From NCBI RefSeq assembly GCF_009914755.1, contig NC_060925.1: a DNA stretch of 64,000 bases; one strand, 5' to 3'. This DNA comes from the human T2T-CHM13v2.0 reference genome, Homo sapiens. Below the pieces are notes generated by a model, which saw nothing but the letters and a program-made list of their open reading frames with translations, was not told the origin of the DNA and did not search any database. The translations under genes and the position numbers were made by a program. The stretch's first letter is position 1; the number at the start of each line of letters is the position of its first letter. Of this stretch, positions 50,420 through 63,746 are shown one piece after another.

Positions 50420-51009
50420 TGTTTGAAAGGCTTGTTCCCCGGTGCTGTAAAGAAATAGCACTTGAACATAAATTTAATTTATTTAGTAAGGCCATTTTTA
50501 CTTGCTGCAGAAGGGGTACACTCATCAGCAGTTTTGCCTCGAGAGTACACTGAACAAAGGAGACAGGGTCATTTATAACCTGATGTATCCACCCTACTGC
50601 TGTGTCTGGTTTCCATTAACTGGAACGGGACCTCACATTCTGTATTTGTCCCGATTGGCTAGCAACTTAGAACTTTTTAAAAGAGGCAAAGGTAGAGGGG
50701 AACAAAGGAAGGAGGAAGTAACTTGTGGAATGTTGAGAAAGATAAAAACACTTTTAAATAAGGAAGAGGAACAGGCTATGACCTAATGCTTGCTTGGACC
50801 AGTGTAAGCATGCTAGGGCAAATACTTAGGCTAAATTGTGGGAGCTAAGAACATAAGGTACATTGATTTCCTTATTACCGCTAGCAGATATTTAAGAATG
50901 TTAACACAGTTCTTTGAATAAATTTTGCGTCTAAGGAATAAATACTATTTATTCCTAATTAGATGGGGAGGAAAGTCTTTGAAGAGGAACCTTTACTTTA
51001 CTTTTTACA
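50420..51009 (-). mobile_element. ERV1 solo LTR of the LTR10 family (LTR10C-like), antisense in GPSM2 intron 2
   Basis: Minus strand starts TGTAAAAAGTAAAGTAAAGGTTCCTCTTCAAAGAC, ends CA; 590 bp; interrupts an L2-like remnant. Confidence 0.72.
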
Positions 51010-52835
51010 CCGCCATAGCTATAATTGAGATCCTCAGGATCTTCTTTCCAGACTGCCTCCATTCTTCACCTCTTGGAACCCGTCGTTTTGACTTGTCACT
51101 AGTGGGCTCAATCTCAAAACACAGAGCTAACCGTGCAACCTCTCTGCTTAATACCTAGGGTGGCTCCTAGTCACCCGGCCAAGCTGAACATAGAACACAA
51201 GATCTTCATTATCTGGCTTCTGCCTATTCCTGGGACCTTACTTCCTGCCATTCTTCACCTTGCACTTTGAGCTCTGGTTTCCTGCATGTCATGCTGTTTT
51301 ATATTTCAGTGTCTTTGCTCATGCTATGCCCTATGTTGAACTCCCTTCCCACTTTCTTTGTTTAGCTAATTCTACTCTAAGATACAGCTCGGAGATTATC
51401 TCCTCCTGGAAACCATTTCTAAGCTCCATAGTTAGGCTCTGTGGCCTCCGTGTGCTCATATTACAATCTGTGCATTTTTCTTTCTTAGCACCAACTGTAT
51501 TAAAATTAAGTTAATCTGTTTTTATGGTGCTCCCTTCCTCCTCACCTCTCCCTTTGAGCATTAGCTCCTCAGCTGTGGTCACTCCTCAGCAGCCATGATA
51601 ATTAGCATGTTGTCTGGCACATATTGAACTTCAATGGAATATGAACGTAATAAGATGTTTATCTGTCTTGCTAAATGTTTTGAATAGTATTGTGCTTTCT
51701 AATATGGTAAGAACAGTAGATAAGTAGGAATGGCTTGTACCTCTGCCTGTTGGAAGATCTTAGAATTGTCCTTTTTCTGTGATACAGTCTAGATCAAACA
51801 TGGTTGCACTTTGCTATAGGACTTCACCAAGGGAAACTTAAAAATCTGTACTGTCTGTAATAGGACTATACCAAACAAATCTCTGGCTTTATCAGTGCTC
51901 TAAGACCAGCATTCTGTATATTGATTGGATTGTCGTATAATTGGGGGTAATGATTTGAACTCTTTATGTTAGGCCATAGGCTGGTATAAGTTATTCTTCT
52001 GCTATAGTAAATCCTTATGAAATGTTTTATCCATCTGGTTCTTCCATTGTGGAGGTCCTCCTCTATCCCTGGAGGAGTTTCTGTGGCACAATGAATTTGT
52101 AATTTTGAATGGAATGTTTCTTGGAACACTAAGTAACCTCCTAAGGGGACATCAGAATGCTTTATTGAAATATTTTGCACCTATTTCAAAAGGTAGAGAC
52201 TGATAGCAAGTACAATTTAAGTTAAAAAAAAATTATATGGTTGATTTTTAAGGAATTATTAATTTTTTATGTGTGATAATGGTATTGTGATTGTATTTTT
52301 TGAAAAAGATTAATCTTTTAAAGATACATACTAAGGTATTTACAAATTAAATCATATGCTTTCCGGAATGTACTTCAGACCAATCTGGGGTTGGAAGAGT
52401 AACGATCAGAGTAGAGATGAATAAATAATATATTGATTATATATGTGTAATTATTGACGTTGAAAGATGGATACATTGGGTTTGTTACACTAGTTCCTCT
52501 GGTTTTGTGTTTCTTTGGAAAATGTCATTTATACTTCTTACTGTGAATAATAAGCATTTTAATACTTTAATATTGTAAAAGTTAGATTCTTGCATGTAAG
52601 TTGTGAAGGAATACAGATATGGTGTTGAATTCTTTAATTTTGTTAGCTCAATGTAGTTGTTAATGTGCTTTCTTGAGTAGTTTAAGGTAACATGGAGTGA
52701 TGGAAAGACCACTGGATTTGGAGACAAAGATAAATTTTCATATCTCAACTTTGACATCCCATGACCTTAAGCAAGTCATTTAACCTGTCTCAGCATCACT
52801 TTCTCCTTCTGTAGCAATACCTATCTTAGAAGGTT

Positions 52836-53184
<349 letters not shown>

Positions 53185-55099
53185 TAAAATCACTTTTAAA
53201 ACTAAATTACCATACAAATTTTTGTTTTTTAATCATTTTCTTCCTTCTTATTCTATATTATTAATCATCTAACCATACAAATGTAAATCAATTGAGCACT
53301 ACTTTTCCTTTTACATAATAAATGAGAACAGCTAGATATATGTGGTAAATTGAATGGATGAAATTTGTTTATTGGGGCTAGCACTGGTGATGGAAAAGGT
53401 TCATGCCCAATTAGAATACAGAGAAGGTAGAGCTAGGATTTATGAAAGAAGATCACACAACCACAGAAATGGAAAGCATAATAGAGAAAATGGAGAGTAG
53501 TCTTATTTTGCCTCTTAAGTCCTGAATTCCATCATTTATTCTTAAATAGTATGTAAGCCCTTTGAAGCAAGAGTCAAATCTGGACAAAATTGATGTTATT
53601 AAGTCTTTTAGAAAGATGTAGCATCATGGTTTTATGTTTTGCATTCACTGACGTCCTGTGAACACGAAACAAATTTAAGGAGGTAAAGAGGATAATAGTC
53701 AAGTGCAAAATCTAGTGTGGAAGAGAAGTTAAAAATTAAAAGAAAAATTGAAATGACATGAGTTTGCACAGAAAATGAGAAATTCTAGCTAAAATGTTCA
53801 CTCTATTAGCAAAAATGAAAACACGTCAGTTAAGGATAGTAGTACTGTGTCTATTTGAAGTTTATTAGAAACATATTTTCTTTGATTATACAGCTAGATA
53901 GGCTCTCAGAAGCATAAAGGAAACTTTGTATGTGGGATGAATTTTAATGGAGGGGTATGTTCTTGGTTTTTCTTCTACATGTGGGTATGTTCTTTGTTTT
54001 CAACCCAACTGGTAAACAAAGGAAGTAATTCTATTCTCTCATAGTGACAGAGAGGATATGAAATTACTTTCTCTGTTACTATTTAATGATCTTCTAAAAA
54101 ATTTATAAACCAAGCTGCCCTATTTTGCAGGCATAAATCTATATTTGATTCAGGTGTTAGAGATTTTTGCCAGAATATTAACTTATTTTCTAATAAAATA
54201 CACCAGAGCCTGAATCTATCTAAGAATTAATCATAAACTAGAGTGTTTGGGACATTATTTCAGGTATTAGTCACTGGAATAACTTTTCTAAGATAGTCTC
54301 TCCTGTAGGGCATTCTCACTACATGGACTTCAAGGACAGCCATGTAGCCAGCAAGCTTCCAGTTTGCTAGTATTGTTTCTTATGACAATTATGTAAAATG
54401 CCTTTTTAAAAACGTGTAACACTTACGATGCCATTCAATCTATAGCTAAGTTTTGTGGGATGCCACATCATTTGGATCAATGGTTCCAGTAAAATGTTCT
54501 GTAAACTTAAATCCAGAAGATCAGTCATTTGTGGTGAAGTTATTTATTTGAAGAAGATACTTCTCAGTTTTATATGAATATTGGCAAACACTTTTATACT
54601 TCCGATTTTTAAATGTTGTTCACATGAATAGCCAGTTCTGCCTTATTCCTAATTTCCCGGCCAGCAACCCAGTCATCCTGAACTGATGGTGCTGTCATGT
54701 GTGACCATTTCCTCACTTCCCCCTCAGTGAAATGATGCGCCATCATTAGTAATCCATTGTATAGTGGCGTGTAATTTTTTTTACCCAGTACTCTATTGGT
54801 GGACATTTAATTCATTTGTGGTTTTTTTGCTGCTGTGAATATCCTTTCATATGTATCTTCTTAAATTTGTGTAAGTATACCTTAAGATCAATTCTTAGCA
54901 CTGAAAATGCTTGAGATATAATTTTTAACATAATTTAGAATGCTTAAATTAAAAACTTTTTGTAGGAAAAGAATTATTTTACAAATAAAAATATCTTTTC
55001 CATTTTTTTAAATAATATTTCTTAGAAATTCATTGGTTTCAGTTTTTGACAAATAAAGACAACCAGTTCAGGTACTTCATCTAGCAAAATAATCCTTTA

Positions 55100-55430
<331 letters not shown>

Positions 55431-55758
55431 TTATCTTTATACATAGAATATGACAATAACTTCATAAAATCTTAAACAGATATACTCAATTTTTTCTTTT
55501 ATGAAATATCTCATTTTCAGAAATACAATTCTAAAGGGCAGTTTTCATTTTTGGAAGGCAAAAATAGGCTTTATTAATTGTGAAGTGACATATAAAGAAA
55601 CATAAATATAGCTGTTTAAGGTTTCTGATTTAACTGCTTATCTTACTATGTATTTTAGATCTTCTCTCCTGTATCTAATTGGCTTGTAGTCTAATATTGT
55701 AGCAAAATGTTGGAGGTTTACCTGCATTATTTTGCATAGATCCATAAAGTGAAGATGG

Positions 55759-56049
55759 GGCCAGCCATGGTGGCTCACACCTGTAATCCCAGCACTTTGG
55801 GAGGCCAAGATGGGTGGATTGCTTGAGGTCAGGAGATTGAGACCAGCCTGGCCAACATGGCAAAACCCTGTCTCTACTAAAATTACAAAAATTAGCCAGG
55901 CATGATGGCACATGACTGTAATCCCAGCTGCTCAGGAGACTGAGGCACGAGAATCACTTGAACCCAGGAGGCAGAGGTTGCAGTTAGCCAAGATTGTACT
56001 GCTGCACTCCAGCCTGAGTGACAGTGAGAGACTGTGTCTCAAAAAAAAA
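55759..56049 (+). mobile_element. AluS-like
   Basis: TSD aaagtgaagatg. Confidence 0.9.
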
Positions 56050-56424
56050 GTGAAGATGAGCAAGCAGTAGCCATTGGCTAAGTCATTTGAATTCTTAAAA
56101 AAAAAAAAGATACCTAGATAGAAAACTTGAAAATTACCTATTGGAATTGGCTACATATATCTGCTTGTTCTAAACCAGAAGTCTGCTTTGAACCTTTACA
56201 ATTGGCTCAGTTTATCTTTGTCCAGGCTTTTAGCTTCATCAGGTACATTTTCTACTTTACAATCCCATTTTAATTTATGGCTCTAAGGACCCTTGAAATT
56301 TTGCAGACTGAAAAACAGCACTCACAAAAACATGTTAATTGATCTACCACTAGATATACAGAGTATAATCATATTTGAATGATATTAGGGTGGGTGGTGG
56401 TTTAATTCACATTTCTTATAAAAG

Positions 56425-56584
56425 CACTGATTCTCAACCCTAACTTGTACTTTAGAATTACCTGGGGCTTTAAAAAAATACAGGTGGCCAGACATCACCC
56501 AGAGGGTGGAGTTCAGCGTTGGGAGTTTTAGAAAGTGCTCCAGGTGAGCTCTGCTGTTGTACAGCCAGCATTAAGAACAACTGC
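56425..56584. mobile_element. MER5A-like
   Basis: gattctcaacc...ttagaattacctgggg...taagaacaactg. Confidence 0.65.
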
Positions 56585-56770
56585 TCTATTGGAGTGGCTC
56601 AAAGCTCATTCTAGTAAGGAGTAACTTAATGCTGTTCCAAAAATTAAAACATTTGATGAGCTTAATCAGAGCTTCTCAAAGAGTGATATGTATGCCACTG
56701 GTGGTACATAAGGTAACTTTACTCACTTTTAGATTTTAATAATTTCATATTTGTTTAATGTGTATTAGAA

Positions 56771-57217
56771 CGGGGTTCCCAACCCCTGGGCCACAGACCA
56801 GTACTGTTGTAGCCTGTTAGGAGGTAAGCTGCAGGTGGGCAGGACGAGTGAGCATTTTCACCTGAGCTCCGCCTCCTGTCAGATCAGCAGTACCATTAGA
56901 TTCTCATAGGAGTGCAAACCCTATTGTGAACTGCACATTCGAGGGATCCAGATTGCACATTCCTTATGAGAGTTTAATGCCTGATGATCTGTCACTGTCT
57001 CCAGTCACACCCAGAGGAGACCATCTAGTTGCAGGAAAACAAGCTCAGGGCTCCCACTGATTGTACATTATGGTGAATGTATAGTAACAAGAGGAATAAA
57101 GTACACAATAAATGTAATGCACTTGAATCATCCCAAAACAATCCCCTGCCACCCGTCCATGGAAAAATTGTCTTCCACAAAACCGGCCCCTGGTGCCAAA
57201 AAGATTGGAGACCGTTG
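56771..57217. mobile_element. MER1A hAT DNA transposon
   Basis: ggggttcccaacccc...gattggagaccgttg with perfect 8-bp TSD tattagaa. Confidence 0.85.
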
Positions 57218-57659
57218 TATTAGAATATACATATAAGTATCGTATCAAATTCACAGTTTCATGAGTACTGCTTTGGATGAAGCTCCATTTTTTTAAAATG
57301 ATAAGTTAAAGATAGTGTGCCAATTTAAAGGAAATTTGCCAAATTACAGAAATAATTAAACGAATAGGTAGTTCCTACATATGGCAGAAATCATGAAGAT
57401 GCTGAAGAAACACAATGGCAACTTTGGTGAAGGGCACCCTCTAAAATTTAGGATTTGAATCCAAAGTATCAGTGTTTTTTTCTCCCAGATATGTTTACAG
57501 TGACTTAATCCTTCTTTTTCAATTCAGGGACAGACTTTCAAAATTAGTATTTCTGCAAATTTTTGAATCATTGTTTTCTAACTTAGTTTCTTGACACCTA
57601 GTTCTCTTGTGAAAATGTGTCTTACAGATCAAGAATATTTTGTTCCTCTATTTTTCTAG

Positions 57660-57774
57660 GGTATAAGTGGACATGTGGTGGTAAGAAGAGGAAGGAGAGT
57701 GAGTGTGTGTTGTGTGTGTATGAGAGAGAGAGCGAGGGATGGATGGCTGGATGGTCAGAGGGGCTGATGAACAG
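57660..57774 (+). other. GPSM2: GPSM2 cryptic exon with internal UG repeat (TDP-43-repressed type), 115 nt
   Basis: Acceptor ttcctctatttttctag|, donor CAG|GTGACT, internal GTGAGTGTGTGTTGTGTGTGTATG; GPSM2 is an established human TDP-43 cryptic-exon gene. Confidence 0.75.
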
Positions 57775-58206
57775 GTGACTAGATTACTTGGATACCTGGG
57801 TAGAGAACAATATTAATAATTGTAGGGCCTCACTTTCCTACATACTCATCTTCTCAGACTCTAAGGAAGTCCAGAGGTCTGTTACAACTCAGAATTGTTT
57901 GGGAAATACTGCTTTAGGCTCTTTCACTAGTAACGTGGATTGCTCTGGGCCAATTAAAATGAGCTCCACATAAAGATATTTAGCTATCCTGACCTCTCTG
58001 AGCAGGCTCAGAGAAATTCGAATAGGCAAATTACCTCTTGCTACAAATAACTGCTTACTGTTTTATCAGGAATGTATATAAACTTCAGTTATAGAGGCAG
58101 CTGCCCTGAACAAGAGTAGCCGCTTAAATTATATTACGGGAAGTTAAAAATACTGTGATGCAGCTGTAATGTTATGTTTAAATGTCTGTCCTGTATAATT
58201 TTGTAG

Positions 58207-58428
58207 AATGGAAGCTTCTTGCCTAGAGCTGGCCTTGGAAGGGGAACGTCTATGTAAATCAGGAGACTGCCGCGCTGGCGTGTCATTCTTTGAAGCTGCA
58301 GTTCAAGTTGGAACTGAAGACCTAAAAACACTTAGCGCTATTTACAGCCAGTTGGGCAATGCTTATTTCTATTTGCATGATTATGCCAAAGCATTAGAAT
58401 ATCACCATCATGATTTAACCCTTGCAAG
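58207..58428 (+). CDS. GPSM2: GPSM2 exon 3 (MEASCLELALEGERLCKSGD...HHHDLTLA-R), TPR region, 222 nt
   Basis: ttttgtag| acceptor, AAG|gtaatt donor; TPR motif YSQLGNAYFYLHDYAKALEY. Confidence 0.97.
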
Positions 58429-58834
58429 GTAATTAATTTAAGCTTTTAAATATTCTTCCTTCTGAAATTAGCTATTACTTTAAAAAATATTTCTATTCAA
58501 TTAACAAAAACTAACTTAATACATTTAATGAGTTCTACTTCAGTAACATCGCTTTTCAAAACTAACCTTTAGGCTGAACACAGTTTAATTGAATGAATAG
58601 TAGTGAATTGACCCTAGAGTTTAATTAAATGGATGAAAACTAATTACATTCAAATCCAGAAATGTAAGTTTTAAATATTTATTTAAAGTAGGTTTCAAAG
58701 CCAATGGGTTTTTCTTACCTTAAGCATGTCAGTTTGTCCTCTTGGAAAACTGTACTCTGGCTACTTTATATTTTAACACCATTTGTATTTTAATACCATT
58801 TGGTTTTTTGTTTTTTGTTTTTTGTTTTTTTCAG

Positions 58835-58970
58835 GACTATTGGAGACCAGCTGGGGGAAGCGAAAGCTAGTGGTAATCTGGGAAACACCTTAAAAGTTCT
58901 TGGGAATTTTGACGAAGCCATAGTTTGTTGTCAGCGACACCTAGATATTTCCAGAGAGCTTAATGACAAG
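58835..58970 (+). CDS. GPSM2: GPSM2 exon 4 (TIGDQLGEAKASGNLGNTLKVLGNFDEAIVCCQRHLDISRELNDK), 136 nt
   Basis: ttttttcag| acceptor, AAG|gtaata donor; NLGN TPR motif. Confidence 0.97.
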
Positions 58971-59301
58971 GTAATACCGCAGCATTAGATGGTAGGCCTA
59001 ATATTTTCATTCAAAGGGCTTTGCATTTTAATACTATTTAATTATTCTATAGTTTATTTTAAAATTAATACCAAAAAAGAAAACATTTATAGACTAATAG
59101 AAGTAAAAGAAAAAAAATTTAATGGAGAAAAAGAAGGAAATAGTAAGAGGTCTTTCATAAGTAATTATTTGATTGGTTCTGTATGGAGAGCCAATATAAA
59201 AATTTTTTTCCCTTGTCCGTAATACTAAGGATATTACAAATATATATGATAAACCTGACCTCTGTTTTCAAAATGTAAACTTTGCTGATGTCTTCATTTA
59301 G

Positions 59302-59444
59302 GTGGGAGAAGCAAGAGCACTTTACAATCTTGGGAATGTGTATCATGCCAAAGGGAAAAGTTTTGGTTGCCCTGGTCCCCAGGATGTAGGAGAATTTCCA
59401 GAAGAAGTGAGAGATGCTCTGCAGGCAGCCGTGGATTTTTATGA
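59302..59444 (+). CDS. GPSM2: GPSM2 exon 5 (VGEARALYNLGNVYHAKGKSFGCPGPQDVGEFPEEVRDALQAAVDFY-E), 143 nt
   Basis: catttag| acceptor, TGA|gtgagt donor; LGN motif; missed by the ORF track. Confidence 0.96.
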
Positions 59445-59984
59445 GTGAGTAGGGGCTGATATGGGCAGTCATGTAGGCCCATCTAAGCCGTGGATCTGCT
59501 GTACGTTCTTTATTCAGTAGTAAGTTTTTAAGTTTGGCAAAGATTTTAAAGTTATGAACTAGCAAAATCATCAATTCAGTTGCTTAAATGTTACAGTGTT
59601 ATATTAGTAGTAATCTGCAGCTTTCATTTAAGTTGCAGACCAGTGCCACTTAGTGGCAAAAGCAAGAAATGTCAATGGTTGGTCTGTTATTTAGAGTAAT
59701 TTAGTCTTTTACCAATAGAATTTCATAGAACTACTTAACTATAGGGGTTCCAAGATTAACTCTGTGCTTGACCCTGGGCAGAAACCTATCTGAATAGTTT
59801 AATAAAGTGTTCCCAGCTATTTCCTATAATTGCTCTTCATCATAGATGTCATCCTTAAAATGTTGCACATTATGGCTGTAAGCTTCCCTACATTTTTTTC
59901 TGATAAAAAGAATTAGATATGTAAATCACATACATAAAATTGTTCTGCAAACTTATTTTTTCATCACTTTTTGCGATCCCTTAG

Positions 59985-60108
59985 GGAAAACCTATCATTA
60001 GTGACTGCTTTGGGTGACCGAGCGGCACAAGGACGTGCCTTTGGAAATCTTGGAAACACACATTACCTCCTTGGCAACTTCAGGGATGCAGTTATAGCTC
60101 ATGAGCAG
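59985..60108 (+). CDS. GPSM2: GPSM2 exon 6 (ENLSLVTALGDRAAQGRAFGNLGNTHYLLGNFRDAVIAHEQ), 124 nt
   Basis: cccttag| acceptor, CAG|gtacag donor. Confidence 0.97.
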
Positions 60109-60221
60109 GTACAGTGGAAAGCCTTGGAGCCAGATCATTTCCTCCATCAAAGTTCTGAACAGTGATTAGATCATTCTTCAGTTTTATTTTATCTACATCT
60201 AATTAAAATTGTTTGTTTCAG

Positions 60222-60337
60222 CGTCTCCTTATTGCAAAAGAATTTGGAGATAAAGCAGCTGAAAGAAGAGCATATAGCAACCTTGGAAATGCATATATAT
60301 TTCTTGGTGAATTTGAAACTGCCTCGGAATACTACAA
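60222..60337 (+). CDS. GPSM2: GPSM2 exon 7 (RLLIAKEFGDKAAERRAYSNLGNAYIFLGEFETASEYY-K), 116 nt
   Basis: tgtttcag| acceptor, CAA|gttagt donor; 113-nt upstream intron. Confidence 0.96.
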
Positions 60338-61562
60338 GTTAGTCTAATATTTCTGTAGATAAATGTAAAATGAATACTCAGTCCCATTAATTCATAGGCT
60401 TTAGGTTTAAAATCTGATTGTAGCAGAACTTTTGGCATCTAAGCCTCAATTTCCTTATCTGTAACAGAATATATCAATACTTCATTTTGGGGAATGCTGT
60501 GAGGATTGAATGAAATAATATACTAAACACAGTATCTGGTACACAGTGCTCAATAAATATTATTGTACATAAGATTTAATAGCAGCAGTATGACCCCTTT
60601 ATAATATTGGTTTTTATCTTTAAAAGTAATTGTTTTTAAATGAAGTTTTCAACCTTTAATATCTTTTAAACCTGTTTAGCATATGTGGTGTATATTGTGT
60701 ATATGCTTTATTTCACTCAGTTATGGGTTAGAAGAGAGGCCAAAAGAAAGCCTTGTAACAAAAATATTTATAGTCTATACCAGTGATCACTGAATTTTTT
60801 TCTCTACCTTCCCACCCTCTTATTGAGCAGTTCTCCCTTTACCCTCTTTCTGCCTATATTTGACTGTCACTGTAAGCTGAGTCCCCCATTCACTTACCTG
60901 AAGCATTTACAATCCCAGCTTCTTCTGTGGCAGGATCTCTCTTATCAGTAGATTTGAGACATAGATGATAGAAAGTTTAGACAGCTTCAAGTTGCCTGAT
61001 CTGTGCTTTCTAGATTGAGTTTTCCCTAGTTAGTGGGGATTGAAGCCTCTTACAGATTTTGGGTAGAAGGCAGTTTGACTAAACCGAAGACACAGTGATT
61101 GATTTGTATTTTGTTAAAGAAGCCAATATGAGACAGTTCTGGATAATTTGTCATCTTCATAAAAAAGGTAAAATTGTTTTAGGCCTATCTAAAAAAATTA
61201 AATAGCATTCCACTTTGCTTTAAACATCAACTAATGGTTAATATTTGTTGGTTAGGTTAGTTAGATATGAAATAGCCTCCCAAATAAAATATATCACTGT
61301 GTACTATGTGAAGGAGTATATATTTTGATTTTAAATATAAAAATTTCCTATATTTAAAGCCAAGGGATATAGAGAAGTCTTAATTATTAAATGGTGTATC
61401 TGTGTTAAATACTGAAAGGTTCTATTATAAAATGGATAGTGGCTATTTGACTAAAGAAGCATGAATATAAAGTAATGAAACTTAGTTTTTTTCCTCCCAA
61501 TAAGCAGGCTAGAACTCAGAACTTTATATATATTCCAAGTCGTTGGTTAGAAATATTTTTAG

Positions 61563-61881
<319 letters not shown>

Positions 61882-63132
61882 TGGAATTGTTATCAGGGCC
61901 AAACAAGAAGGCTAACAATGTAGATCCATATCCTTCCGGATACAAAGCAGTAGTTTGGTAAACCTATGTTAGTAATTGAATTTGGTTCCAGAAAGATTTC
62001 TGATCATTTACAAATCAACTGTACCATCAAAGAATAATGGTATGCCAGAAAGCATTATGCCACAGGATCTGAAAGCAATTCCAAAAGTCTTTCAAAAATA
62101 TTTGAAAAGACAGGCAACATTAGAATAAGTAGGTAGCCTCCCAAGGTGACAGATTTGAAGGTATCATCATTAAATATGTAACTTTAGATTTGTTTGCTTA
62201 AAAAAAGCTATCACGTTACCGCATAGTAATTTGTCATATAGTTATAAGTGATATGAAGTAATTATACTATTTGACAGAAATAATGGGAGGGTCATTTAAA
62301 TTACTGAATCCAAAAGCATCTATAGGTTTAAGCACTGATAATAACACATTAACATTTATACAGCAACTACTATGCACAAGATGCTATTCTAAGCACTTTA
62401 TACATATTAATTTAATCCTCACAAAAATCCTTCGAGATATTTCCCCCATTTTATATAAGAAGAGACTGGTATACAGAGAGATTGAGTGACTTTGCCCTTA
62501 GCTTAGTAATTGGCAAAGTTGGGATTTAAACCCAGTCTAGCTCCAAGATCTATGCTCTTAACTGCTACGCTAGCTTCTCACTGGCAATACCACAGGTAGA
62601 ATTTGGGTAATGTTTGGATGTAGTATTCAGTATTTTTCATGAGTTGGTGACTAATGCCCGATACATAAGAATTTTACCTAAGTGGTGACTAATAGCCTAC
62701 ACATAAGAATTTTACCTAAATATTTTAAATTTTGACAATGCAAAGGTGACGGTATGATTGAAAACAGATGTCATGTGGAAAAAAGCCTCTTTTAGCTATT
62801 GCCAATACTAAAGGGAAAGTTTTTTTAAATGTTAAAGATATTATGTTAATCTCTAGAACCTCTTGATTTTATGTTTCAATACTCCTTTACTTTGATGAAT
62901 TGTTAGGATTCTCAAATTTATTCTAAAAGTCTTGAATCTTCTTTCTGTGTTTCAAAAACGTCTTTTCATTTTGTCTAAAAGTAATGGAGAAAGTACGGGA
63001 TATGAATATTAGGCTCTCAGAGATTTAAAGACAGCAGAAAGCAGCAGAGAGGAAAAATGAGAGTTTTGTTTTGTGATTCTTAAAGCCCAAACTGAGAATG
63101 ATCATTATATAAGAATTAATTTCTTCTTGTAG

Positions 63133-63288
63133 GAAGACACTACTGTTGGCCCGACAGCTTAAAGACCGAGCTGTAGAAGCACAGTCTTGTTACAGTCTTG
63201 GAAATACATATACTTTACTTCAAGACTATGAAAAGGCCATTGATTATCATCTGAAGCACTTAGCAATTGCTCAAGAGCTGAATGATAG
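63133..63288 (+). CDS. GPSM2: GPSM2 exon 8 (KTLLLARQLKDRAVEAQSCYSLGNTYTLLQDYEKAIDYHLKHLAIAQELND-R), 156 nt
   Basis: ttcttgtag| acceptor, TAG|gtatgt donor. Confidence 0.97.
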
Positions 63289-63522
63289 GTATGTTTTACG
63301 TCTTTTTACCATAACTAAGGTAAAATATAGATGCATTATTGAATCCCTAGAATTTTTCCTTTGTTTCTTTTCCTTTGTTTTCCTTAAAATCCCTTTTAAG
63401 GAATTTTCTTTCAGTGATATCCTCTGTATATCATTGTATGAAGGGCTAGTCTGTGATAGAGGATTAGTCTGGTTCCATATGCCCTTGACCCAAGATCAAT
63501 GACTAGGTCCCAAACTCAATTA

Positions 63523-63746
<224 letters not shown>

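Noticed and set aside
50502-50786. 94-aa ORF
   Set aside because: Lies wholly inside the LTR and starts at TTG
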